From: Oscillospiraceae bacterium
GTDB lineage: Bacteria > Bacillota > Clostridia > Oscillospirales > Ruminococcaceae
Reading direction: 5' to 3'
DNA: 36,129 nt
Assembly: GCA_016302225.1 (NCBI GenBank)
Contig: JAEDOB010000001.1
Location: 1-36,129 of the forward strand
The notes under the pieces: generated by a model
Told to the model about the DNA's origin: nothing
Database searches by the model: none
The model's input: the letters and a program-made list of their open reading frames with translations, nothing else
Shown: positions 19,961 through 28,335 of the stretch, in pieces
Numbering within the stretch: the first letter of the stretch is position 1
Layout: every line of letters begins with the position of its first letter
Translations under genes and position numbers: made by a program

Positions 19961-20957
19961 ACTTGTTGACGCTTTCAAGGCGTTTTATCTGGCGAATGTC
20001 CTCGCCAACAAATCTGAGAAGGTCGTATGTACCGAGTATTCTTGAAATAATTCGGTCGTTGTATTTTTTTTGCAGCTCCGCCGAGGAAAGATTGGAGCTG
20101 ATGACAGTCGGAGAACCCTGATTAATCCTTGTATTGATGATATTGTAAATGGTCGCAGCATAAAATGATGAATCATACTCCGAACCTAAGTCATCAAGGA
20201 TAAGCAGGTCTGCATTAAGAAGCACCGTCAGTGTGTCCGCACGAGGGTCTTCGGCACGTCCGAAATGCTCCGCTTCAATTGCACGAAGGTAGTTGAGGAC
20301 TGAACCATATGCTGTGATAAATCCTCTTTCGCTTACGGTTTTCGCAATTGAAAGGGAAAGATGAGTTTTACCCAGCCCCGTTTTGCCAATCATAAAAATG
20401 TTCGGAGAATTTTGGGAAAATGTCTGGGCATAACGCTTGCAGTAGCTGAAAATATCGCTCATTTTGCTGTAACAGTCAATTCCCGAGCTGTCGGTTTTAC
20501 CACGATAATATTCCAGAGAAAAGCTGTCAAAGCTGCAAAGCTTCATAGCCGAATTGATATTCAGCTCCTCAACGGCAAACTTGTTCAGCAGTTCACTGAA
20601 ACAAACGCAGCGTGAACCGCCCGTTACACCTCTGTCACAGCAGATGGGGCAGACATATTTAACGTCAAGATAATCCTTTGGGTAGCCATGCTCCGACAGC
20701 AGTTCGCCAATGCTTTTCTGACAGTACAGGTTATTTTCACGAAGGCGTTCGAGATTTTTCTGCATATCGCCGTCATGCTTTAGTATAAGCTTTGCAAGGT
20801 CAACGCTTGTTTCGGAAAGCTGACGGTTAAGCTCTTTTATTTCGGGAATTTCCGCTTCGATTTTTTCTATTCTCATTCGATTTTCGGTTTCTGATCGGAC
20901 TCTGCGGGAATTTACTTCTGCTTCGGCACGTTCATAGGCTGTGCTGCTGTAACCCAT
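19959..20957 (-). CDS. DnaC/DnaI/IstB-like AAA+ replicative helicase loader
   Basis: 332 aa. Walker A GKTGLGKTHL, Walker B LLILDDLGSE, and an N-terminal Cys cluster CPICCDRG...RCVC. The start overlaps the stop of the upstream DnaD-like gene (TAATG). Confidence 0.85.
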   Translation of the reverse strand: MGYSSTAYERAEAEVNSRRVRSETENRMRIEKIEAEIPEIKELNRQLSETSVDLAKLILKHDGDMQKNLERLRENNLYCQKSIGELLSEHGYPKDYLDVKYVCPICCDRGVTGGSRCVCFSELLNKFAVEELNINSAMKLCSFDSFSLEYYRGKTDSSGIDCYSKMSDIFSYCKRYAQTFSQNSPNIFMIGKTGLGKTHLSLSIAKTVSERGFITAYGSVLNYLRAIEAEHFGRAEDPRADTLTVLLNADLLILDDLGSEYDSSFYAATIYNIINTRINQGSPTVISSNLSSAELQKKYNDRIISRILGTYDLLRFVGEDIRQIKRLESVNK

Positions 20958-21976
20958 TATTCTTCATCTCCTTTAAGCTTTGGAGTGTGTTCAAGAGCAA
21001 ACGCATCAAACATATCCAGGTCGTAAGAATGGCTTTCCTTCTCTTTTTGCGCCTGCTGTGACGATAGCTCCTTTTTCTTCCCCGCATCGAATTCGTCAAT
21101 CTCTTCAATAGTTTTCAGACCGTTTTCCAGCCATGTGAGAATGATCTTATTCATATATGCAAAGGACAGCTTGCCGATAGCTTCGACAGTTTTTTCGTAG
21201 GCATAGGTGATAAGCTCAATGGTAATGCCCCTTGCGGACCATTCGTTGACAAAATTCTGCTCCTTGGAGATAAGGCTTCGGTTAAGCCCCAGTTTTGAAG
21301 CGACCTGACAGGAAAGGGTGTGGCTTTTTGCCATATTTTCGATTTCTGCTGCGGCAGCTTCGTGGGTGTAAATGCTTTTCTCCTGCCAGGAAACAGCAAT
21401 TGTTTCGATGTAACGCATACTTGTTTTATTGATGCTCTTGCAATATTCGATAAGCATAAGCACAACATCGGGCGGCAGTCCCAGAAAATCCACTATCCAT
21501 ATAAGGGAGCGATGCTCTGTATGGTTCAGCATTCTGCCCAGACAAGCCTCAGCCGAGGAAAAAAGGAACGAGATCTCCTGTGAGGATTCGATCCTTTCTG
21601 CGATCTCCTTTGGCGTCAGTGTGCGGGTAGGCGAAAGCTTGGGCTGTTCGGGAAGCTCCTTCGGCTTTTCTTCCTGCTTGGGCTGTTCACGGACCTTTTC
21701 GGGCTGAGGTGCAGGCGTCGGCTTGGGCTTTTCCGTGCTGACTATCATTCCCAGCTGTTCCCAATAGGAAAGTGCGTCCTCTATGGTTTCCTCGCTGTAT
21801 CCCAGAAGATTTTTTATTCTTGCGGCGGTGCAGTCCTTGCCGTATCTCAGAAGGAGAAGAAGCACCTTGACTGCCGCTTCGTTTGCAAGCTTTATGTAAT
21901 CGACAGCTTCATTCGGAACGGCAAATACGCCGCTGACACTGTCCCAATTTACCTTAAATTTAATTTCGCTGTTCAT
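20957..21976 (-). CDS. DnaD-domain replication initiation/primosome protein
   Basis: ATG 21976 has a ggagg SD; the ORF-track GTG 22054 extension runs through a GC hairpin and was not used. Pro/Lys/Glu linker, then two DnaB_2/DnaD-type repeats (YIETIAVSWQEKSIYT; YMNKIILTWLENGLKT). Confidence 0.8.
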   Translation of the reverse strand: MNSEIKFKVNWDSVSGVFAVPNEAVDYIKLANEAAVKVLLLLLRYGKDCTAARIKNLLGYSEETIEDALSYWEQLGMIVSTEKPKPTPAPQPEKVREQPKQEEKPKELPEQPKLSPTRTLTPKEIAERIESSQEISFLFSSAEACLGRMLNHTEHRSLIWIVDFLGLPPDVVLMLIEYCKSINKTSMRYIETIAVSWQEKSIYTHEAAAAEIENMAKSHTLSCQVASKLGLNRSLISKEQNFVNEWSARGITIELITYAYEKTVEAIGKLSFAYMNKIILTWLENGLKTIEEIDEFDAGKKKELSSQQAQKEKESHSYDLDMFDAFALEHTPKLKGDEE

Positions 21977-22019
21977 TTTTCCTCCGATAAATTTTTGATG
22001 TAAGGAAATACTGATTAAT

Positions 22020-22052
22020 GGGTGTTCTCCCGCCTTCGGCGGGGGAACACCC
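22020..22052. other. GC-rich 15-bp stem-loop in an AT-rich divergent intergenic region
   Basis: gggtgttctcccgcc (22020-34), loop ttc, ggcgggggaacaccc (22038-52). There is one G-U on the plus-strand RNA, which becomes an A-C mismatch on the minus strand. No flanking T-run. A 9-bp inverted repeat brackets it: actgattaa 22010-18 / ttaatcagt 22096-104. Confidence 0.75.
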
Positions 22053-22118
22053 ACCTAGATACAACTCAGGTAACAAGAAAAATGAAATTGTTGATTTAAT
22101 CAGTGGTTCCGTAGTTAT

Positions 22119-22147
22119 ATTATAACATAAAATCCTGCAAATTGCAC
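22119..22147 (-). promoter_or_regulatory. Possible extended -10 promoter for the DnaD-like/loader operon
   Basis: The minus strand reads TGtTATAAT (plus coordinates 22119-22127). The -35 (GTGCAA at 22142-47) is poor. Pattern only. Confidence 0.3.
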
Positions 22148-22155
22148 TATAAATA

Positions 22156-22184
22156 TTGACTAAATCAAAGGCGTGTGATATAAT
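22156..22184 (+). promoter_or_regulatory. Near-consensus sigma-A promoter for the 22221-23979 cassette
   Basis: TTGACT 22156-61, a 17-nt spacer containing TGa, and TATAAT 22179-84 (TGaTATAAT extended -10). The SD ggag lies 5 nt before ATG 22221. Confidence 0.7.
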
Positions 22185-22220
22185 ATTTTATACAATTATT
22201 TTGATTTTACGGAGATTATA

Positions 22221-22817
22221 ATGGAAAACAACGAAGAGATCATTGAAAATATTGAAGAAGAAGCTATTGCCGAGAGCGAGCCTGACCGTCCCCGTGAAAG
22301 TCCCGCAAAGAAATTTCTTTACACGGTCATTTGCATTCTGATATATGCGGTCGGTTATGTGGGTGTAAAAACCTTTAAATTTTTCTATAACAGCGAATAT
22401 ATGTACATGCTCCATGAGCTTGATGATACGCAGCGGAGTATAGTATCGGAGCTTGCGGAGGTCAGCTTGTCCGAGGAAAATCTTTTCTGCGGCGGTACAA
22501 TGGTTTACACCCGGAGCAGTGGGATAACCAAGCTGGTTTTTGAGATACCGTCATCTGAGGAAGACGAAGCTATGAGGTTGGCAGAAGAAATTCTCAGCTT
22601 TGAATTCGGAGATATTTCCGAGGAAATACGTGTATCAGTCACCGATTTTGACAGCCATCGGGAGAATTATTACTATGCAAATATTTACACGGATATTGAT
22701 AATCCCGACCATTACGCCGCTGTTTACGAAAATGACGGAAAATATAATATCCTGCTTGTTACCAATGAAAATATTTCGGAGTTCAAGGCAATTTTCAAGA
22801 ATGGCGAAAAGATATGA
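22221..22817 (+). CDS. Hypothetical single-pass membrane protein
   Basis: 198 aa. Acidic N-terminus (MENNEEIIENIEEEAIAESE), one TM (FLYTVICILIYAVGYVGV), and a ~130-aa extracytoplasmic domain with no motif I recognise. Confidence 0.65.
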   Translation: MENNEEIIENIEEEAIAESEPDRPRESPAKKFLYTVICILIYAVGYVGVKTFKFFYNSEYMYMLHELDDTQRSIVSELAEVSLSEENLFCGGTMVYTRSSGITKLVFEIPSSEEDEAMRLAEEILSFEFGDISEEIRVSVTDFDSHRENYYYANIYTDIDNPDHYAAVYENDGKYNILLVTNENISEFKAIFKNGEKI

Positions 22818-22830
22818 CAGGGGTGCTTTT

Positions 22831-23979
22831 ATGAAAATCTACTTTACATCTGAAAATAAAATGTATGTGACCGACACAAGATCCGAGCCAAAAGAATTTG
22901 TAAGCCAAAAGATCGAAACCTATAAGAAAAATATTTCGGAGATAAGACAGAAAAGCGAGTGGAAGCATTCAGGCACAGGTGCAGCATTTACAGGGACACT
23001 TAGAAATCCTTCGGACGATGAAGCTATAAATGCCTATGTCTGTGGACTGGCTGCCGCTCCCGACGGACGGCTTATCTATTCCGTTTTGACGGGTGAAGTC
23101 GGCGGACTTTACTATAAGTCGGAAAACGGCGATGAAAATCATATCACCGCCGCACAGAATTTTCAGCCCTTTGAGATGGACTGCCATGACGGAAAGCTTG
23201 CTATCTCCGTTGAATACGGCGGGGGAACAAGGCATATCTCCGTTTACGATCTTTCGTCGGGAAATATGACCGAACTGACGGACGGTGACACTTTAGAGGA
23301 ATGCCCCTGCTGGTCTGAAACAGGAAAAGAGCTTTATTTCAGCACAGCAGGCATCGGAAGAAACAGAGATGGTATCGCAGCTGCCGTATCTCCCAGAGGT
23401 ATCTCGGTTTACAGCTTTGAAAAGAATGAAATGACCGAGCTTTGTGGTGCGGAGGACCTTGACTATATTTGTCCGAGAATAGGGAAAGACGGCGCAATTT
23501 ATTACATAAAGCGTCCATATAAATCGGGAGATGACGGGAATTTCTGGCTTGATTTTCTGCTGTTTCCCGTAAGGATAATCAAGGCAATAGGCGGTTTTCT
23601 GAATGCGTTTTCCATAATGTTCGGCGGTGAATCCCTCAGTTCAGACGGAAAGAGCTTTCATAATCCACTGAAAGCTAAGCAGAAGGACGACAAGGAGCTG
23701 TTTATTGCGGGAAATATCATTAATGCCGAAAAATCGGAAAAAGAAAACCGCAGACACGGCGACAAAAACCCGGGTATCATTCCTCACAGCTGGCAGCTTG
23801 TCCGCAGAAATCATCTGGGGGAGGAAGAGGTCGTTCGGAAGGGTGTAATGGATTATTCCTTTACGGCGGACGGTTCGCTTATTGTTTCCGACGGAAAGCA
23901 TCTGCTAAAGCTTTCGGAGGGCAAGGAAGAAATATTGTGCAAATGCCGTCTTGCGCAGAATATTGTTGCAATTGAATAA
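22831..23979 (+). CDS. Hypothetical PD40/TolB-like beta-propeller repeat protein with an internal hydrophobic segment
   Basis: ATG 22831 (MKIYFTSENK) is preferred to the ORF-track start 22600, which overlaps the previous CDS in another frame. Repeats resemble PD40 (DGRLIYSV..., TELTDGDTLEECPCWSETGKELYFS, GKDGAIYYIKRP). Hydrophobic stretch FWLDFLLFPVRIIKAIGGFLNAFSIMFGG. Confidence 0.65.
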   Translation: MKIYFTSENKMYVTDTRSEPKEFVSQKIETYKKNISEIRQKSEWKHSGTGAAFTGTLRNPSDDEAINAYVCGLAAAPDGRLIYSVLTGEVGGLYYKSENGDENHITAAQNFQPFEMDCHDGKLAISVEYGGGTRHISVYDLSSGNMTELTDGDTLEECPCWSETGKELYFSTAGIGRNRDGIAAAVSPRGISVYSFEKNEMTELCGAEDLDYICPRIGKDGAIYYIKRPYKSGDDGNFWLDFLLFPVRIIKAIGGFLNAFSIMFGGESLSSDGKSFHNPLKAKQKDDKELFIAGNIINAEKSEKENRRHGDKNPGIIPHSWQLVRRNHLGEEEVVRKGVMDYSFTADGSLIVSDGKHLLKLSEGKEEILCKCRLAQNIVAIE

Positions 23980-24019
23980 AAACTGATGTAAATTTTTTCG
24001 GTTAAATTTGCTGAAAAGG

Positions 24020-24048
24020 TTGAAATTTTTGTTTTAGTGTAGTATAAT
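24020..24048 (+). promoter_or_regulatory. Sigma-A type promoter for glyA
   Basis: TTGAAA 24020-25, a 17-nt spacer, and TATAAT 24043-48. Confidence 0.6.
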
Positions 24049-24089
24049 GTTAATATACTTGTTTATAAAAATGCAAAGGAGCAGTTAAA

Positions 24090-25343
24090 ATGTACAATGA
24101 TATTATGGACACCATAGGATATGTTCAGTCGGTCGATCCCGAGGTAGGAGAGGCTATGAACAAGGAGCTTGCAAGACAGCGCAGAAATCTGGAGCTGATC
24201 GCCAGCGAGAATATCGTATCTCCCGCAGTTATGGCTGCAATGGGTTCCGTGCTTACCAACAAGTACGCAGAGGGCTATCCCGGAAAGAGATATTACGGCG
24301 GCTGTGAGGACGTTGACATTGTTGAGAACATTGCTATTGAAAGAGCAAAGAAGCTGTTCGGTGCAAAGTTTGCAAACGTTCAGGCACATTCGGGCGCACA
24401 GGCTAACACAGCTGTTTATATGGCTCTGCTTAACCCCGGCGATACAGTTATGGGTATGAGCCTTGCTCACGGCGGACACCTTACTCACGGTTCTCCCGTA
24501 AATATTTCGGGTAAATACTTCAACTTTGTTCCTTACGGCACAAATGACGAAGGCTTTATCGACTATGAGGCTCTTTATAAAGAAGCTAACAAGTGCAAGC
24601 CCAAGCTTATTGTAGCAGGTGCTTCCGCATATCCCAGAGCAATTGATTTTGCTAAGCTTTCCGAAATTGCAAGAGCAGTCGGTGCTTATCTGATGGTGGA
24701 TATGGCTCATATTGCAGGTTTGGTTGCTTCGGGTCAGCATCAGTCACCCGTTCCTTATGCTGATATTACCACTACTACAACTCATAAGACACTGAGAGGT
24801 CCCAGAGGCGGTCTTATCCTTACAAACAACGAGTATCTTGCTAAGAAGATAAATTCCGCTATTTTCCCCGGAACACAGGGCGGTCCTCTTATGCACGTTA
24901 TCGCAGGCAAGGCTGTTTGCTTCGGTGAAGCTCTCAAGCCCGAATTTAAGGAGTACGGCAAGAACATTGTTGCAAATGCACAGGCTCTTGCAAAGGGACT
25001 GCTTGACAGAGGTTTTGACCTTGTTTCCGGCGGTACGGACAATCACCTTATGCTGGTTGACCTTCGTCCCTTCGAGCTTACAGGCAAGGAGTTCGAGCAT
25101 CGTCTTGACGAGGTTTATATCACCGTCAACAAGAATGCTATCCCCAACGACCCCCAGAAGCCCTTTATCACAAGCGGCGTAAGAGTTGGTACTCCCGCTG
25201 TTACCACAAGAGGTCTTGACACAGGCGATATGGACAAGATCGCAGAGTTTATGTATCTTGCAGCTAAGGATTTCGATAAGAATGCCGACGCTATCCGTGC
25301 AGGCGTTACAGAAATCTGCAAGAAGCACCCTCTTTACGAATAA
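24090..25343 (+). CDS. glyA: Serine hydroxymethyltransferase
   Basis: 417 aa. PLP-lysine context [33 protein letters not shown]. Confidence 0.97.
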   Translation: MYNDIMDTIGYVQSVDPEVGEAMNKELARQRRNLELIASENIVSPAVMAAMGSVLTNKYAEGYPGKRYYGGCEDVDIVENIAIERAKKLFGAKFANVQAHSGAQANTAVYMALLNPGDTVMGMSLAHGGHLTHGSPVNISGKYFNFVPYGTNDEGFIDYEALYKEANKCKPKLIVAGASAYPRAIDFAKLSEIARAVGAYLMVDMAHIAGLVASGQHQSPVPYADITTTTTHKTLRGPRGGLILTNNEYLAKKINSAIFPGTQGGPLMHVIAGKAVCFGEALKPEFKEYGKNIVANAQALAKGLLDRGFDLVSGGTDNHLMLVDLRPFELTGKEFEHRLDEVYITVNKNAIPNDPQKPFITSGVRVGTPAVTTRGLDTGDMDKIAEFMYLAAKDFDKNADAIRAGVTEICKKHPLYE

Positions 25344-25363
25344 TTTTTTACTTTGACTTTCGA

Positions 25364-25396
25364 GGGCAGGAGGCAGTTCGTCTTCTGCCCGTTTTT
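25364..25396 (+). terminator. Intrinsic terminator after glyA
   Basis: 11-bp stem 25364-74 / 25380-90 (two G-U pairs), a 5-nt loop, and TTTTT at 25392-96. Confidence 0.75.
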
Positions 25397-25451
25397 ATCG
25401 GAGATTTTTATATCAGCTTGGCAAATTGAAATTTGAAAGTGAGATAATTTT

Positions 25452-25961
25452 ATGTCAGAACAAGAATTAAGAAACTTGCAGATATATATTGGAAAAAGAA
25501 GTCAAGGGCAAACAGATGAGCAAGTTATCGAACATATTAATAAAATAAATAAAAAAACACCATTAACTCAGGAAGAATGGCATAAACTGATTTTTCCCAG
25601 CTGTAATAATGGTTATGTTCAGATACTAAAATTCGTTTTAAGTCATATTGAAAAACTAAATGACATTAATCAGTATATGAAACATACTGTATATGGCAGA
25701 AATGAAAATCTAAATGAAGAAAGAATTGAAGTATTAAAAGAATTTATAAAGTATTTATCCGATAATAAAGTGGAATATTTATCTGAAACAATGATAAGTG
25801 CCGCTTGGTTTGGAGAAACAGAAATTGTAAAGTTCTTAATTGAAGTCGGTGCTGATGTAGAATATAAAAGTGATAACGGTTTAGGTTTATCGGAATGTTC
25901 CGAACGAGCAGAAAAACAATTTAATGATAGTTCGCTGAAAGATTATCTGGCACAACGATAA
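25452..25961 (+). CDS. Small ankyrin-repeat protein
   Basis: 169 aa. ANK-like units (NNGYVQILKFVLSH; AAWFGETEIVKFLIEVGADVEYKSDNGLGLSE). The coding sequence is strongly AT-rich compared with its neighbours. Confidence 0.7.
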   Translation: MSEQELRNLQIYIGKRSQGQTDEQVIEHINKINKKTPLTQEEWHKLIFPSCNNGYVQILKFVLSHIEKLNDINQYMKHTVYGRNENLNEERIEVLKEFIKYLSDNKVEYLSETMISAAWFGETEIVKFLIEVGADVEYKSDNGLGLSECSERAEKQFNDSSLKDYLAQR

Positions 25962-26020
25962 ATTCCAAATTATCTGACTATCTATATTTGCATATAACTA
26001 TCAAAAAGGTCGTGATAAAA

Positions 26021-27292
26021 ATGTCCGCACCTCTTGCAGACAGAATACGTCCCAAAACTCTGGACGAGGTCGTGGGACAAACTCATATCCTCGGAAAGGG
26101 AAAATATCTCAGAAGAATTATCGAAGGCGGAAATATTCCGAATATGATATTCTACGGACCTTCGGGAGTGGGAAAAACAACGGTCGCACGAATTGTCGCC
26201 GAAGCAGCAGGGAAGAAGCTGCATAAGCTGAACGGCACGTCCGCTTCCGTTGCGGATATAAAGGAAGTTATCGCCGACACCAACACATTTGAGGGTATCA
26301 ACGGCGTTATCCTTTACCTTGACGAGATACAGTATCTCAACAAAAAACAGCAGCAGTCGCTTCTTGAATATATCGAAAACGGTCAGATAACGCTTATAGC
26401 ATCGACAACGGAAAATCCCTATTTTTACGTATACAATGCCATAATCAGCCGTTCTGCGGTGTTTGAGTTCAAGCCTGTTTCGGCTGAGGAGATACTTCAT
26501 GCGGTAAACAGGGCATTTTCCATACTCTCGGACGAGATGAAAACGGAAATTGAGGTTTCTCCCGAAGCTGCCGAATACATTGCAAGGGGCTGCGGCGGTG
26601 ATGTGCGAAAGGCTGTGAGCATTGCCGAGCTTTGCGTTATGGCTGCCGAAAACACAGGAAAAATCTCCGTTACATTGGACGCTGCCGAAGCACTTACGCA
26701 ACGCAGCAATATGCGGTACGACAGGGACGGTGACCAGCATTACGATATTTTGTCCGCATTGCAGAAGTCTATCAGAGGTTCGGACGAAAATGCCGCTATC
26801 CATTATGCCGCAAGACTTATAGAAGCGGGGGACATTATCTCGCTGTCAAGACGGCTGCTGGTTATTGCCGCAGAGGACGTAGGGCTTGCATATCCGCAGG
26901 CTATCCCCATAGTCAAAGCATGTGTTGACAGCGCATTGCAGCTGGGTCTGCCCGAAGCAAGGATACCGCTGGCAAATGCGGTCATATTGCTTGCCACCGC
27001 TCCTAAATCAAACTCGGCATATATGGCGATAAATGAAGCCCTTGCCGATGTACAGCACGGTGATTTCGGAGATTTCCCACGGCATTTGCAGAATGTCCAC
27101 CTGGACGGCGAGGACGCAAAAATAAGGGGACAGCACTATCTCTATCCCCACGATTATAAAAATCATTATGTTAAACAGCAGTATCTGCCCGATAAGCTGA
27201 AAGGTAAGGTCTACTACCATTTCGGCGAGAACAAGACCGAAATGGCAGCAGCGGCTTATCGCAAAAAAATACTTGAAGAAGCGGAAAAATGA
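26021..27292 (+). CDS. rarA: Replication-associated recombination protein A (MgsA/RarA AAA+ ATPase)
   Basis: ATG 26021 (MSAPLADRIRPKTLDEVVGQ). Walker A GPSGVGKTT, Walker B ILYLDEIQ, and the MgsA C-domain HYDILSALQKSIRGSD. Confidence 0.94.
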   Translation: MSAPLADRIRPKTLDEVVGQTHILGKGKYLRRIIEGGNIPNMIFYGPSGVGKTTVARIVAEAAGKKLHKLNGTSASVADIKEVIADTNTFEGINGVILYLDEIQYLNKKQQQSLLEYIENGQITLIASTTENPYFYVYNAIISRSAVFEFKPVSAEEILHAVNRAFSILSDEMKTEIEVSPEAAEYIARGCGGDVRKAVSIAELCVMAAENTGKISVTLDAAEALTQRSNMRYDRDGDQHYDILSALQKSIRGSDENAAIHYAARLIEAGDIISLSRRLLVIAAEDVGLAYPQAIPIVKACVDSALQLGLPEARIPLANAVILLATAPKSNSAYMAINEALADVQHGDFGDFPRHLQNVHLDGEDAKIRGQHYLYPHDYKNHYVKQQYLPDKLKGKVYYHFGENKTEMAAAAYRKKILEEAEK

Positions 27293-27295
27293 TGC

Positions 27296-28216
27296 TCAGA
27301 ATATTGTTTGTATCAGCTTGCCCGACGATTCCGAGGAATATACCCAGCGGTCAATATGGCTTGCATCAGTGAAATATCGGATAGGCTTTAACTCGGGACG
27401 TTCTTCGGGGAGGTCAACGATTATCAGCTTGACCTTCATTTTTTCGGGGATAAGCGCTTTGATGTAGACGGTGGCATTCTGCCCCGGGAAAAGGTTATCT
27501 CTCGGTTCTGCAAGGCCTGCCAGATTGGGCGCAAGCTCGATAAATACGCCGTAGCTTTCTGCGGAGCGGACTATTCCCGAAACTGTCTGACCTGCGGAAA
27601 ACATTGCTGCATTTTCCTCCCAGCTGCCAAGCAGCTCTTTGTGAGAGAGCCAAACTCTGCCGTCACGTACGGCTTTTACTATGACTTTTATCTCCTGTCC
27701 GACCTTAAATCTGTCGGCGGGGTGGGATATTCTCGACACGGAAATTGCGTCGATGGGAATAAGGGACGGCACTCCGCAGCCAATGTCAACGAACGCTCCG
27801 AACTGTTCCAGATGTGTTACTCTTGCGGGAATGACATCTCCCGGAGCAAGTTGGGATATGTACTCGGAAATGCAGTCCTCCTGTACTTTGCGGCGGGACA
27901 GCACTGCCATAGTATTGCCAAGTTCATCCTGCGTGAAGCCTGTAACAATAAAGCTTATGGGTTTGCTGACCTTTGTTATCAGGGCAATGTCCTTGGTTTC
28001 GCCGCTTTCAATACCTGCTGCGCCTTCAATTCTCGGAATTATTCCCTTCATACAGCCAAGGTCGACAATAAGGTTGTGATTGCTGTCGCAAAGTATGGTG
28101 TAGGCTTCAAGTATCCTGCCCTTTGCCATAGCGTCCTCCAAACCTCGCTGAGAGCGCAGGTAGCTTCGGTTTTCGGGTGTGTTGATAAGTGTTCCCTCGG
28201 GATTGAATTTTCTCAT
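27296..28216 (-). CDS. S1 RNA-binding domain-containing protein
   Basis: ATG 28216 has a ggagg SD at 28223-27. 306 aa with repeated S1/OB-like units (GDVIPARVTHLEQFGAFVDIG; GQTVSGIVRSAESYGVFIELA). Confidence 0.8.
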   Translation of the reverse strand: MRKFNPEGTLINTPENRSYLRSQRGLEDAMAKGRILEAYTILCDSNHNLIVDLGCMKGIIPRIEGAAGIESGETKDIALITKVSKPISFIVTGFTQDELGNTMAVLSRRKVQEDCISEYISQLAPGDVIPARVTHLEQFGAFVDIGCGVPSLIPIDAISVSRISHPADRFKVGQEIKVIVKAVRDGRVWLSHKELLGSWEENAAMFSAGQTVSGIVRSAESYGVFIELAPNLAGLAEPRDNLFPGQNATVYIKALIPEKMKVKLIIVDLPEERPELKPIRYFTDASHIDRWVYSSESSGKLIQTIF

Positions 28217-28240
28217 TTTGTACCTCCATTGAGTATTTTC

Positions 28241-28275
28241 CCGAAGTGCCGAGTTTAGTATTTTCGGCACTTCGG
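28241..28275 (-). other. Perfect 12-bp intercistronic stem-loop
   Basis: ccgaagtgccga 28241-52 / tcggcacttcgg 28264-75 with an 11-nt loop. It lies between the 113-aa ORF and the S1 gene, and no clean U-tract follows on either strand. Confidence 0.7.
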
Positions 28276-28335
28276 AAATCCGCTGAATTCATAGTAGAAT
28301 ATATGAGAAAATTTTTCCCGCTATTCGGTTTTTGG

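Noticed and set aside
22600-22830. Upstream extension of the propeller-protein ORF
   Set aside because: It overlaps the 22221-22817 CDS in another frame with an implausible Ile/Thr/Pro-rich product. ATG 22831 follows the upstream stop and has an SD-like aggggtg.
19959-23979. Prophage or ICE remnant (replication module plus unknown genes)
   Set aside because: There are no integrase, structural, lysis or repressor genes and no att-like repeats nearby. The composition of the loader genes matches the core genes. The idea is retained only as a low-interest alternative in the findings.
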